A DNA stretch of 64,000 bases from Eremomyces bilateralis CBS 781.70 (GCA_010015585.1 ML975155.1); one strand, 5' to 3'. Numbered from the stretch's first letter, positions 35,447 through 48,670 are shown. Notes: generated by a model not told the origin, from the letters alone. Numbers and translations: made by a program.

Positions 35447-35855
35447 TGGCGGGTTTCTCTAGCATGGCGTGGCGTTTGGGTAGGTCGCAAACAGGGGAGG
35501 GTGGCATGACGACGTGCAGAGGCGCCAGGATACCACGCACGCGGCATGTACATTCATGATCATTACGGCATTGACGAGGGTTTGGCTATGCAGCATTCGA
35601 GGAGACGCAAGCGGTCTCGCTAGCGGGATTGGGGCGTTTATTGATTTTTGAAAATTTTTCGTGACGTACATCCATCCATACAATCTTGCCGTTCGTCCTA
35701 TCGTGTTCCAAATCATCCAGTACCATCATGTCCGCGCTCCAAGACACTCTTATCAATATTAGTACAGTCCCAACCAGCGGCCCATGGCCACCTTACAATT
35801 TTCCCTCCCGTCCCTTCCTAAACCCTCATAAAACCCGACCTAACCTTCATTAAAC

Positions 35856-37319
35856 CTACCCCGATTTCCGCCCCCTCACAAACCTCACCGTCGACGCCCA
35901 CCCCACCCTCTCCCCATCTTCCCCTCCCCTCCCCACCTGTGCCATCACCTCCTCCTTCGCGGCCCCCACTAGCTCCATCACATGCTTCACCTCCCACCCG
36001 GTCCGCGTCAACAACCTTAGCCCCTCAGCCTCCAGCCCCTCGAGCACGCACACCATCCACATTTTCCCGAGAGACCGCTCGCGCTCGGTCGCGGGCCACA
36101 TGCCGATGGGGAGGGAGCGCGTGACGGTAGTGACGTCGACGAAGCCGGCGGCGAGTAGGGCGGCAGGGGCGAGGTGGGTGGTGGTAAGGGGGCGGGAGAG
36201 CTCGGCCGCAGATTTGTGGATGTGGTGGAGGAGTAGGGAGAGCATGGGAGGTGGGGAGGGGGGGTTGGTGATGGGGTTGGTCGTGGAGGAGGCGGCGGAG
36301 GCGGCGGGNNNNNNNNNNNNNNNNNNNNNNNNNNNNNNNNNGGGGGGGGAGGGGGCGGGGGGAAGGAGGGAGGAGATGTCGATGACTTCGAGGTGGCCGG
36401 AGGGGCGGAGAAGGTCGTGGAGGTGGCGGTAGAGTTGGGGGTAGGAGGAGGGGTGGAAGGCGCCTTTCATGTTGCGGAGGTGGATGAGGTCGTATTTTTC
36501 AGGGACGTCCCATTCTCCGTCGTCGTCGTCATCGTCATCGTCATCGTCCTCATCGTCTTCTTCTCCTTCTTCGTCCCCTTCTCCTCCTTCTTCTTCTTCT
36601 CCTTCTTCTTCTTCCTCTTCCTTTTCCTCTCCAGGCTCGCTGCAACCGCAATCGTCCTCGACCTTCACGTTGCGGTTAGCGACCGCTTTGCCTTCGTCAC
36701 TGCTCCCGCTCGCCGGGATGATACCCGTGTCAAACTCAAACTCATTCCCCGAACCCAGCCCCTCGTCCTCAGCCTCCTGCAGCGGCTCGACGTCGTCCAC
36801 GAACCACGTCAGATTCTCTGGTAAGTCTCCACCTCGGCCGTCGGGCGGATCGTCCAGCAGGTACCACGGGCTGAGGTCCACAGCGTACACCCGTGCGTCG
36901 GGATGCAGCTCCGCGATGGCGATGGCCCAGTCGCCGGGACCGGCGCCGAGGTCGAGGACGCGAGGAGGGCGGAGCGGACGGGGAGTGTAGGTGGCGGAGC
37001 GGCGGGAGTATGGAGGGAAGGGCACGGTGGTGAGGGCGCCATTGAGGAGGAGGGTGAATACTTGGTGAGCCAAGCTGAGGCGGGTAGCTTCTGAAAGATC
37101 GCAGGGCATATAATAGCTGTGGTTGGGGTAGTTCCGGGAGTTTTCGAGGATGGGAGGAAGGAGAATTCTATCCAAGGTAAGAGTCGATTTCTGGTGGGAG
37201 AAATATATCTTCCTAGAGAAACGGATGGGAATTGCACGCTGGGCTCTTGTCACTTACATTTCCGTTGCGGAGCCCGCACTCGAGGCGGGCTGCGAGAATT
37301 GTCCTTGCTCTTCACCCAT
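35856..37319 (-). CDS. SAM-dependent methyltransferase (fungal LaeA-like/TAM family)
   Basis: ATG at 37319 and one intron. Motifs PCD..E..RL.L.H, RVLDLGAGPGDWA, AVDLSP, YDLIHLR, L.P.G.LE and PIG.WP. Includes an acidic tract and spans the N gap. Confidence 0.85.
36309..36341. other. Assembly gap (33 N)
   Basis: Run of N flanked by G-rich low-complexity sequence. Confidence 1.
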
Positions 37320-39043
37320 GGTAGCGAGTCACTGTTTTTGGGAGTTGTTGAACATTTGCAACGTCAGGCGAGAATTCCCCTCGCATCGTGGTCCAATTGA
37401 TGCACCGCTCGACAAATTCAAATCGATTCCGTTCTCCACGTCGACGTGTCCATCGCATGCAAGGCAGTCTCGAAGCGGTGATGGTCGGACGGCCCGCATC
37501 AAACCGCGTGCGGAAACGGGAGAGGGCTCTTAGAATCCGACGCGGCACTGGACGAAAACGAAGCAATTGTCTCGGACGGGCATGATAACGATAGCAGGGA
37601 ATATAAGTCAGGCACGTCGATACTGAACGAGTGATACCAAGGACGAGGGGTATGAGGGAGTGACAGTATAAGGGTGATGTTAGGTTGCCAGCAGACCAGG
37701 CAAAGGAACGGGGGAGCGAGTCAGACACTGAGACAAGATCGATCTAAAAAGGCGATCCGGAGGGTCTCTGGACTGCTGGAGGCCGTTCTTATACTAGGAT
37801 TTTAGTCCATGTACATGGAGCTAGGTGTCCGAACTTAGACGAGCATCAAAGACCGGGCCAGCCCCCAGCGACAAGGAGCAACCGAGCATTCGAATTTCGA
37901 GGGACTGCAGGCAAAGAACCGTGGACAAGAGGCATCAAGAAACTGGGGACCTAGGTGTCGAAGCGGGCCAATATTCCGACGATTTGTAAATCTTGCATTA
38001 ATCAGCTCGGCGGGTCTTCCACATGGTCATATCTGGAAATGACAACGGCGGAGGAAACTCGAGAAACCTGGAGAAATGGTACATAAGGCGGATGCATATC
38101 AGAGCTGACCCAGCCCCCAGGGTCTTTGGCGAGTGCTGCCGTCTCCCCGCCTCATCCAGACCGTCAAGGTAGCTACGAACACGGAGATAATAATCAGCCC
38201 TGTAACCTGAAGCAGGCGGTTAGGCAATAGTCGAAACTAGATAAGAGTAAATAAATTCACCGGACTTGCGAGCGTCCTACACCGTCAACCGAGCAACCCT
38301 AAACCGAACCGATAATATAAATTCGGTATGATAACTCTGAAACCACACCCAATCCCGCCGACCGAACCATTGGGTATCCTCTCTCTCTTGGGAGTTGGGA
38401 ATGGGGAATAGGGACGACACGGCATGCTCTGGGAACCGACGGGGCGACGATACTGCAGGCGGGCATCCGATGGCGACTTTTCTCAACCTCCCCGCCGGCT
38501 CACACCTCGCACGGAATTCAACGGCCTGGTGCGACCTTCGACGGGGCCTTTCAGGGTCGACCCGGGACTTTGGGACGGGTTCGTCGGTGTTGTTTGGAGC
38601 CGTTGGCCGAATCATTTGGTCGGTATGGTAATTGGTATTCTCGTACGGAGTATTTGTTGGTGGTTTGAATGGGTGGCCGGAAGCTGGTCAGTCTTCTTAA
38701 AGTGTTTGGCTTAATGGCCGATGCACTCCAGCCTCTAGGCCCAAGTGCCTAATTGATAATTCCCATCTCTCCTCCCCGAGAGCTGCGGCCTGCGGGTGGT
38801 CTAGGTACTCAGCTTGGCCGACGGGAATAGGGGAGGGTTAGGATTGTGAATTGCAAAGATTTGTCACTTGTCACTTGTCAGGTTCTGCTCTCTGATTGAA
38901 CAGCTTACTGGTTATAGGATTGAGTGAATTGACCCAGCCGGACGGGGCCGTCCCGCCCGTGACCCTGTCCCGAGAAACATCAGATTCATTTCATCCCAGC
39001 ATCAACAAGTGACATTCCGATGCCGACGGCCGATACCGGTGGT

Positions 39044-39075
39044 ATTTGATATTTGATATTTGATATTTGATTTGA
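39044..39075. repeat. (TATTTGA)n short tandem repeat
   Basis: tatttgatatttgatatttgatatttgatttga. Confidence 0.9.
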
Positions 39076-39363
39076 CATTGGTGCGAAGAAAGGACAGCGA
39101 TTCCAATAACCGAGCTGGAGCCAGTCCTCGCCGACCCGATCATCGCAACGTCGCACCGAACTTTTTGAGTGGGCGGTTAAAATACCGGTAAACGTACACA
39201 GAGATTTGATTTTTACTTTTCGGGGGCGGTGGTGTTCCACGCAATCGAGCAACAGAGGACAGATATGGTTTCTCAGTTTTGGTAGGGCAGGAAAGAGATC
39301 AACTTTCCTGCCCCCGGAGGTACGGTATCATCCACACCATCGGCACCAACACGAGCTACACCT

Positions 39364-41592
39364 CTACTCTAGCTCCTGCTTCTCAAACGCCGGTAACCGC
39401 CCTGCCACCTCCTCCCATGCCTCCACTCCCTCACTCATCCTCTGCACGGCTTGACAAATTTCCTCCTCTCCCGCCCTCACCTGCTTCATCGAGTCGCGCT
39501 CCCGCAGCGTCAACGACCCATCCTTAACGGACTGGAAGTCGACGGTGATGCCGAACGGGGTGCCGAGCTCGTCGTTGCGGGCGTAGCGCTTGCCGATGGT
39601 GGCGGAGGAGTCGTCGACGCGGTTGGAGACGCCGAGGACGCGGAGGCGGTGGCTGATACGGCGGACGAGCGGGGCGAAGTCGGGGTGGGTGGATAGGGGG
39701 ACGAGGAGGACTTTAGTGGGGGCGATGGTGGGGGGGAAGGAGAGGACCTAGGGAGGGTTAGTGGGATTGGGAAGATAGAGGGGGGGAACTTACGCAGCGG
39801 GCGTCGGAGCCAGGGCGGGTCCAGTAGCTGTGTTCGATTAGGCTGTAGAGGATGCGGCCGATGCCGAAGGATGGTTCGATGACGTTGGGGGTATACTCGC
39901 GAGTATTCTCCACCCTCGTCCGCTTCTCGATGGCGATAAGATCTTTCTCAAGCTCGACCGTCCCGTTACCCACTCCGTTCACATCCACCGACACCTTCCC
40001 TTCCGACTTCAGGTCTAGCGACAGTTTCTCCAGCACATCCTGCGTGAGCCCCTCGATGGCCGCCTCGACCGTCTTCGCGTCCTTCTTGAACTTCGGCCCA
40101 AACTTCTTCTTCTCGATGTCCACCTGCCACTCCTCGATGCGCAGCGGCTCCTTGCGCGTCTCCCGCACGCACAGCGGCTGCCCGGTCGCCTTGGCGTGCA
40201 CGGTCAGGTCGTAGGCGCTACGGTCGGCGCAGCCCACGCACTCGATCCAGCCGTAGCTGGTGAGCAGCTCGGCGTCCCAGCAGTCGGCGGCGTAGTGCGC
40301 CATCTCGTTCTGCATGTGCTGGCGGAAGCGGACCTTCTTCGCGTCGACGCCGAGTTTCTGGAGGAAGAGATGGATCCGCGCGAGGAAGTACCCGAGGGTT
40401 TCGTTGTCGACGATCTTCTGCTCGACGGCCTTCCCAATCGATACACGCTCGACGTCTGTCTTCCCCGCCAACTGCACCTCGCGGTTCAGCAGCTCCAGCT
40501 CGATGTTGCGGACCTCGTCGAAGCGGGGGTGCTTCTTCCCGCCCTCGGGGTCGACGAAGTGCTCGATCTCCGCCATCAGGAACTCGCGGACGCGCAGGAG
40601 GCCGGAGCGCGGGGAGATCTCGTTGCGGAAGGATTTGCCGATGGAGGCGGAGGCGAAGGGCATGGCTTGGTTGTTGAACTCGAGGAGCTTAGAGAAGGTG
40701 AGGAATTGGCCCTGGGCGGTCTCCGGGCGGAGGTAGCCCGGGAGGGCGGCGCTGGGGCCGATGTTCGTGGAGAACATGAGGTTGAAGGGCTCGGGTGGGG
40801 GGAGGACATCGCCGGTGCGAGGGCTGCGGATGTCGTATTTGGTGATGAGTTGGCCGAGCTGCTCGCCGTTGTAGTTGTCGATCTGAGACGAATTAGCACC
40901 ATGACCAAAAGACCGCTTGGGACACCAACCTTCGCCAGAACTTCCTCAATCTCCGTCACCACGGCATCGTCTAGCTTGACAGCCTTGGTGTCCTTGACCT
41001 TCTTCTTTCGCTTTTGCTCTCCTTCCTCCGCCGTCGGCTTGACTCCTCGAGCCTCCTTGTCCCCCTTCAGTCGGTCCTCCAGCACCTCTTCCACCAAGTG
41101 ATCCGCACGGTAGAACTCCCCGCTCTTCGGATCCTTGATCATCCAGTCCGCGAACTTATCGACATGCCCACTAGTTTTCAACACATAATGCGGGGTCAAG
41201 ATGGCGCAGTCCACCTCCAGCATATTCTCCTCGAGCACGAAATGTTTCCGCCACAGATCCACGATGTTTGCCTGCAGCCCACATCCCGCGGGGCCGTAGT
41301 CGAACAAACCCTTGGGATTTCCGGGATAGATTTCGAACGAGGGGGTGTAGAAGAGGCGTCGTCGCATCAGGGACTCGAGGGAGACCCGGTCGAAGGCCTC
41401 CCCGTTCTTCGTGGTCATTCCGGCAGACATCGCGGCGTCCTCGATGCGGGAGCGCTTCTTTGGTTTGGAGTGGTGGAGGGCGCTGGTGGATGTGAAGGGA
41501 CGAAAATTGGACCGGCCGGAGAGGCAAATATATTGGTGGTTTAGTGGACGGATGAGTCGAGAGTGGAGGCGGAGAGGAAGAGAGCTGCGCAT
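39364..41592 (-). CDS. GRS1: Glycyl-tRNA synthetase (cytosolic and mitochondrial), multi-exon
   Basis: GLFDYGP.GC.LQ.N, SGHVDKF.D, YLRPETAQG, FRNEISPR.GLLRVREF.MAEIEHF, ECVGCADRS, VIEPSFGIGRI and IGKRYARNDELG. In-frame ATGs at 41592 and 41430. Confidence 0.97.
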
Positions 41593-41970
41593 GTACAGCT
41601 GTGTCGAAGCGACAGCTCCAGTCAATCGGGTAAGTTGAACGTGGCGTTAAGCAATGGAATGTTATTCAGGAGGGATCTTCGTGAGTATAATCTTTCCTGA
41701 AACCAGCAATGTATTCAATTCGAAATAATACTAAGAATTGCCAGTGACACATCCCCCCAAATTGAGACTATCTCTCTGACTCCCTCCCAGTGGTTGGTTG
41801 GTCGGTGCTCTCTATTTGCCCTGAACAATTTTGAATTTTCCCCCACCAATCACATCTAGTCGCATTTCATCCTCTAGGAAATTTCTCCATGCCACCCTTT
41901 CTAATGCAAGCAATTGTCCCCAAAACTCAAATCTAGCTAAATTGTGGGAAGAAGCATAGAGGCCGCCAAA

Positions 41971-43272
41971 ATGGCTTTCAGTAAATCCAGCTCAGACCGG
42001 TCCACCGTTCCCTATCGCCCAGCGAACAAGGAACGTCGCCGGAACATCCACCTCCGCCAGCTACGGGAGAAGGAAGCGGAGAAGCGAAAGGAACGGTTTC
42101 GCCGCAAGAAAGAGGAGGATAAGAACCCGGCACTGCGGGAGGCGCGGAGAGCCAAAAATGTTCCCATCACGATCGATAAGAAGCGGGTGTGGGACGATGT
42201 CGGTTCGGATGAGGAGAATATCTTGGGGTTGAGCGTGGATGTGGAGAGGCTGAAGCGACGGAAGGTGGAGGAGGAGGAGGAGGCTCAGAACCTGGAAGGA
42301 TTGGAGGATAAGGACGGAAACGAATGGGAAGATGAGGAGGCTGCGGAGGAGGACGATGATCGAGACAGTATGCTCGACGAGGATTCGGAAGCAGAGGATC
42401 TCGAGGATTTAGAAGACGACGCAATACCCTCCAAGGCAAAAGCGAAGAAGGCAACAGAACCCACCGAAGAATCAGAGCGGACAAGACATACCAGTCCCTC
42501 CGGATCGACCACCAGCACCAAATTCGACCTCGTCCCCGAAGCGCTCTCCACCAAATTCCCAACCCTCTTTACTGCCCCCACCGAACCCAAAGTCCTCATC
42601 ACCACCTCCATCAATAGCACTCTCCACGACGAAGCCCGCCTCCTCACCACGCTCTTCCCCAACAGCACCTACATCCGCCGCACGGAGCACCGCTACGGCC
42701 ACAAATACTCCGTCCGAGAAATCGCCAAGTTCGCAGCCAACCGCGACTACACCACCGTCATGGTGATGATGGAGGATCAGAAAGTCCCGTGCGGCCTCAC
42801 GGTCGTGCACCTCCCCGAGGGCCCGACGTTCCACTTCAGCATCAGCAACTGGATGGAGGGCAAGAAGCTCCCCGGGCACGGCAACCCGACCAACCACCAC
42901 CCGGAGCTGATACTCAACAACTTCCGCACCCCGCTGGGCATGCTGACAGCGCAGCTGTTCCGCACGCTGTTCCCGGTGTCACCCGAGCTGCAGGGGCGGC
43001 AGGTGGTGACGCTGCACAATCAGCGGGACTACATCTTCGTGCGGCGGCATCGGTACGTGTTTCGGGACAAGCGGAAGACGGAGAAGAGCGTGATCGGGAC
43101 GGATGGGAAGCCGGTGCAGGGAGTGGAGGAGATACGGGCGGGGTTGCAGGAGTTGGGGCCGCGATTGACGTTGAAGTTGAGGAGGGTGGATAAGGGGATC
43201 CAGAGGGCGAGTGGGCAGGAGTGGGAGTGGAAGGCGCATTCGGAGAGGGTGAGGACGAGGTTTGGGATGTAG
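41971..43272 (+). CDS. RPF1: Brix-domain ribosome biogenesis factor Rpf1
   Basis: NVP.TID.KR, PKVLITTS, HLPEGPT.HF, HHPELILNNF.TPLG, QVVTLHNQRDYIF.RRHRY and LQELGPR.TLKL. Confidence 0.93.
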   Translation: MAFSKSSSDRSTVPYRPANKERRRNIHLRQLREKEAEKRKERFRRKKEEDKNPALREARRAKNVPITIDKKRVWDDVGSDEENILGLSVDVERLKRRKVEEEEEAQNLEGLEDKDGNEWEDEEAAEEDDDRDSMLDEDSEAEDLEDLEDDAIPSKAKAKKATEPTEESERTRHTSPSGSTTSTKFDLVPEALSTKFPTLFTAPTEPKVLITTSINSTLHDEARLLTTLFPNSTYIRRTEHRYGHKYSVREIAKFAANRDYTTVMVMMEDQKVPCGLTVVHLPEGPTFHFSISNWMEGKKLPGHGNPTNHHPELILNNFRTPLGMLTAQLFRTLFPVSPELQGRQVVTLHNQRDYIFVRRHRYVFRDKRKTEKSVIGTDGKPVQGVEEIRAGLQELGPRLTLKLRRVDKGIQRASGQEWEWKAHSERVRTRFGM

Positions 43273-44484
43273 TTGTTTGTTTGGACATCATCATTGTTAT
43301 CAGGACACGGAGGGACTTGGGTTGAATCTAATGGATAGTCCGAAGAGCTTGATTGTCTTGATACCTGCCTCTGATGGTGACCGCCCCTGACAGGCATGCT
43401 GGGTACCGTACCGCACTGTCGTCCATATTCCATGCCCATAGGTGCTCAACCATGTTATGATGATGTTTAGTAGGATGCCACGACTTATCAAGAACAAACG
43501 ATAGGCTATAAAGGCGCGGTACACCCCAAGCAGCCCGACCATTCACCCACCTCCCCCTCGGCGAATTATTACCGTACTATATCACTCCAACCCTTCAATT
43601 TCCCAGTATTCGGGCGCCATGGCTGTGAATGGAGGGAGCCCGTCTCCCTGATAATAATGATCAGTTCCATCGGTTGGAAACCCAGTGTTCGACTCCGGTC
43701 GATGTCGACAGACTTAAATCATGCTTCGGCCGCCTCTGATAATGATGGTCTGGCGCGTAAAAACCTCTATTACACTACCGGGAGGTTCTCGTAGGGTTTC
43801 CGTGTATGCAGGGACTGAGCTTTTTTGCTTTTTTTTTGGATAAAAGGTTCCATATAGACGGAAATAATAGAAGGGAAGGCGTTGTTATGGAGTGAGTGGA
43901 CAGACGTTGATGGTCTGTTTACTCACTCCGTTGATATCGAGTTCACGATAGAGGCAGGGAACGCTAGTAAAGCCACTGGTCGACGCCCATGACAGAACTG
44001 AGAGAGTCTAAATTTCAAACCACCACTGACAATTCGAATTAGCGGTTTAATTCCTTGAAATCCCTGAAATCCCTGCATCTCCACGCCCATTTGCCAGAAA
44101 TTCGCCAGTAATTCCACCTAGTTGATCGGAATCGACTAGGACCGCCGGGGATGACGCTGGCGGGTGGCCTGCCGGTTGCCCCTCTCCTCCCTTTGTTTGG
44201 ACCCATCAACTCTCGACACATCACTATTACGCCGATGTGATGCACTGCGAGGTACAACTCTCCAAGTACTGGATACACCCTTTTGCATTGCATATTATTC
44301 ATAAGTTCATACGATACATTATCTTGATATCTCCTCTAAGTATACAGTACAGCTGGTTCGACTTTCTCCCTATCGACAAGCCATACCCGACCCGTTCTCG
44401 AGGACATCCGGGGCATAACATTGCAGTCGATTGGTAATTCGTACTTCAGTCGCATGCAGGCAACTCTCCATTGCCGGTGCAGAT

Positions 44485-46690
44485 ATGGCTCTGCTTGAAA
44501 CCCAGTGGATCAATGTGCAGCAGAAGACCTTCACGAAATGGTACGGAGCCGTTCGTTGCCGGAGAAGATAGCACGCCGGGTTGTTGACGTTTCCATAGGT
44601 TAAATAGTAAGGTGCATGCTCGACAAGTCGAGGTACAAGACCTGGTCAAAGACCTTAGCGATGGAGTACGTATACCCTCTGCGATGCCCTGAAACCTCTC
44701 GACCGGAGCAACGATTGACTTCGATTTATAACAGGTCATCCTCGTCCACCTCCTCGAAATCCTCGGCAACGAATCCCTAGGTCGCTACGCCGCGAAACCG
44801 AAGCTCCGCGTCCAGAAGTTCGAAAACGTCAACAAGGCCCTCGACTACATCCGCAACCGCAGCATCCAGCTGACCAACATCGGCGCCGAAGATGTCGTCG
44901 ATGGGAACCGCAAGATCATCCTGGGGTTGATCTGGATGCTCATCCTGCGGTTTACCATCAGCGATATCAACGAGGCGGGACTGAGCGCGAAAGAGGGGTT
45001 GCTGCTCTGGTGTCAGCGGAAGACGGCATGTTATGATGAGGTGGACGTGCGCGATTTCTCGTCAAGTTGGAACGATGGGCTAGCATTGTGAGTATCTACA
45101 TGTTGCGACGCAATATCGCTGGAAGTTCGTCGACTAACGAGGGACGAAAAGCTGTGCCCTCCTCGACATCCACCGCCCCGACCTCATCGACTACGACAAA
45201 CTCGACAAATCCGACCACCGCGGCAACATGCAGCTCGCCTTCAAGCTCGCCTCCGAAGAAATCGGCATCCCGGATCTCCTCGACGTCGAGGACATCTGCG
45301 ACGTCCCCAAACCCGACGAACGCTCGCTGATGACCTACATCGCATACTGGTTCCACGCCTTCTCACAGATGGAGCACGTCGAGAACTGCGGGCGCCGCGT
45401 CGAGAAGTTCGTGTCGAACACGCAGGGCGCGTGGGAGATGCAGAACTCGTTCGAGCAGCGGATGCGGGCGCTGCTGGAGCAGATTCGACGGCAGATGCAG
45501 GTGTGGGCGGAGGGGCGGTTCGAGGGGACGTATGCGGATGCGAAGCGGCAGTTGGGGCATTTTAATCAGTATAAGCGGGAGCAAAAGCGGAAATGGGTGG
45601 CGGAGAAGTCGGATTTGAACGGGTTGTTGGGGAACATCAAGACGAAGTTGGCGACGTATCGGCTGCAGCCGTATGATCCTCCGCAAGAGTTGAGTTTGGA
45701 TGCGTTGGATGCGGCGTGGGTACGGCTTGCGAGGGCCGAGCAGGAGCGCAGTCAAATCATCAACGAAACGATCCGAAAGTAAGTATTGCATCCTCTGAAG
45801 AGCAGGCGTGGCTAATCCGAAATAGAATCAAAGACTCCCTCCGCAAATCATTCGCCCACAATGCCAACGAGCTGGCCCTCACCCTTTCCACCATCTCCAT
45901 GTCGATATCGGCCTTGGACGGCGACGTCGACGACCAACTCCGCCACGCCAAAGCCATGAGCGAGAACATGGCCCCCCTCGACAGCTTCCTCACCTCCCTC
46001 GCGAACCTCGACCGACAGTGCGTCGAAGCCAACATCGAAGAAAACGACGACACCATCTACACGTACGATGATCTCGAGTACGAGCTCGAGCTCGTCAAAT
46101 CCAGCGTCTCCAAAAAGATCGCCTTCCTCGAGAACCAGCTCGTCGCGCGCAATATGACCAACCTGACCCCGATCCAGCTCGAGGAGTTCGAGTCGGTGTT
46201 CCGGCACTTCGACCGGGACCTCAACAACACGTTGACGGAGCTGGAGTTCAGCGCGGCGTTGGCAAGCTTGGGGATCGCGTACGACACGGATGAGATGCAC
46301 GCGAAGTTCCTGCAGACGAGCGGGGGGAAGAGCAAGGTGACGTTTGAGCAGTTCATTCGGTTCATGGTGGACGTCACGGAGGATCAGCATACGGCGGAGC
46401 AGGTGTTTGAGAGTTTTAAGGTGCTGGCGGACGGCAAGGTAAGTTCCCTTCTATTACGAAGCGAGATTTTGGGGGTGGTGTTGACTTGATCGTAGCCATA
46501 TGTCACGGAACTCGACCTGCGGCTCGCGCTCATCGCGGACGACGTCATCGACGAGCTGGTCAAGGCGATGCCGGCGCATCGGGGGCCGGACCTCGAGGAG
46601 GATCGCAGCCGGGAGAAGTTCGATTACATTACGTTCATGCAAGGGATGATGGGGCCGGACGGCAATGGGGCGCGAAGCAATGGACACTGA
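44485..46690 (+). CDS. AIN1: Alpha-actinin (two CH domains, spectrin repeats, EF hands)
   Basis: W..VQQKTFTKWLN, DLSDG, IGAEDVVDGN.KIILGLIW.LIL, KPDERS.MTY, EF-hand FRHFDRD and KPYVTELDL. Confidence 0.95.
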
Positions 46691-48039
46691 GGGGCGACGT
46701 CTTTAGGTTTCTCAAGTCGCGAGGGAGAACAACTCCTTCTGAGCGGCGCAGGAGAGTATGAGATTATCGGTAGGTTGGCTACGGCGAAGGAGATTAGTGA
46801 TACCACACGCCAGTACGAGCCGGCACATCGACGGACTGGATCTTTCGATTCATACTTAGGAACAGAGGCATCATCACCGGTCGGGTTTCTCCCGTCCATC
46901 GGCCTGCTGTATGATACCAACTGAACTCACCTCGGCAACGGGATGTACTTGAATCTTTCAAATCGAAACATAGTTTCCCAATCCCCACTGGCATTCCTGG
47001 GTCTAATCCTCGCCGCTTCTGTCGTTCGCCAGGTGGTTTCATCGTCGCGTTCCAAAGAACTGATTGGTTCGTGAGCGGGAAACCCTATCGCACACGAAAC
47101 GGGGATGGTTGCATGGCCATGGCGGAATGGATGACCTGAGACATTTTGAATTGGGGTTTTCGGTTTTGGCACATTGTATGCATTGACGGTGAGATTTCTA
47201 TTAGGGCCGAGGATCGTCGGGAGGGTTGGCGGACGGGTGGTGGCACGCAGGGAGTCCGATCCGATCGTTTCGGAGTCCCAGAAATTCGGAATCGAGCGAG
47301 CGTCATTGGGAGATGGGAGGGAGGAGTGCGGTACAGATCTCGGGAGGGGTGGAGGCTAGGAGTGAAAGATGGACCCTTTAAACCCCTTTGGAGTTTGGGA
47401 TGGTTGGTACGGCATACCATGGTCGATGATGTTGACGACGATGGGGGGTGTTGAAGGTCTTGGAGATTGGAGAGTCGTGATGAAGAGTCCTATATTCTAT
47501 ACAAGCACATCATTGGAGTGATCTTCCATCACAACCAACCAAACACCTGGAGTCTTCGAGGAACGATGCAGCTTCACCTCCCCTATCTATCATCCATATC
47601 CGCAAGTTATGGCGGGGAAACGAGTGGTTGGTGCTTAGTTGGGGGGAACAATTCTCTTCCTCCCCGCAGCGACTCAAATTTCACCCAGGACTCCAAAAGT
47701 CAGCGAATGCCAACCATCCCCCATTCCGCCCCTTGTCCGTCCTGACTCCTGAGCAGTCAGCACAGCGTCCTTGTCAAGCCTGGTCGGGCGGCTCTTCGAT
47801 TCCTGCAGCGTACAGTTGTGTTTGGGTTTCTTAGCGGTTGCGAGAGTTCGCTTGTTAGCGGTACGACTCCCTTACCGATTATAGTTCACCTCACCACTTC
47901 ACTCCCACTGCACTACTACCGCTCCCTACTCCTCCCTACTACTCCCTACTCCTTACATTCTACACTTCACTATTCACTACGCCTCCCACATATCGAGTCC
48001 CCAGCTCCCACTACCCAATATTCCCCTCGTAAAATCCCC

Positions 48040-48084
48040 ATGCCGCACATCCCCACCACCCAACCCCCTAGGCCCGCGCCGTGA
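48040..48084 (+). promoter_or_regulatory. Single uORF (MPHIPTTQPPRPAP) in the long CLA4 leader
   Basis: By-eye scan finds only this ATG between about 47800 and the CLA4 start at 48671. Confidence 0.45.
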
Positions 48085-48670
48085 CCGCCTTTCCCGTCCC
48101 CAAGCGCGCTTGTCGCCTCCAGCGGCTCGACACCATCCGATCCATCGTTCGGTGCGCCCGCCCGCCCTCGTTTCGAGATTCACCAGCACCCGTCCCGTCA
48201 TTTGGAAAATTCAGTCGACATCGCTCCACGCTACTGTCAAGAGTACCGGACGGAAACAATATTGCTCGAGTGTGGTCATCGTTGCTGGTCATTGACACGC
48301 TGGGCTTTGCATCCGTCATATCATCCGACTTTCCAGGTGAATACCCCCAGGGTACGGAGGTCGAAACGCTAGAATCTCCGAATCGTTTCGTTCTGCATCC
48401 TGCGCATTGAGCGTCCCGCCGATACTGGACAGTCAAGACTTCCCCAGATAGGTCACTTGCTTGGGTCACTCGATCCCGTCACCTATCGTTCGCGTTATCG
48501 ATTCCTCTCGACCGCACGAGGCATCGTCTGTGCCGCGGTCCACCATCGAGGCGCTGAGACACGAACATCTGCGGTGTCACAGTTGCGCCTCTGGATTCCA
48601 GCGGCAATTCGTGTAGAAGAAGCGTCACTTTCGTTTGATTCAGCATTGACAGTCATAACGAACCGCCACC

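Noticed and set aside
35815..35860. Telomere-like CCTAAACCC / CCTAACC motifs
   Set aside because: Scattered within a C-rich gene end and not a tandem array.
40196..41101. Long antisense ORFs (301 aa here; also 27182-27865, 50030-50869, 55093-55809, 61950-62750)
   Set aside because: These are shadows of GC-rich, codon-biased genes on the opposite strand, with no recognisable domains.
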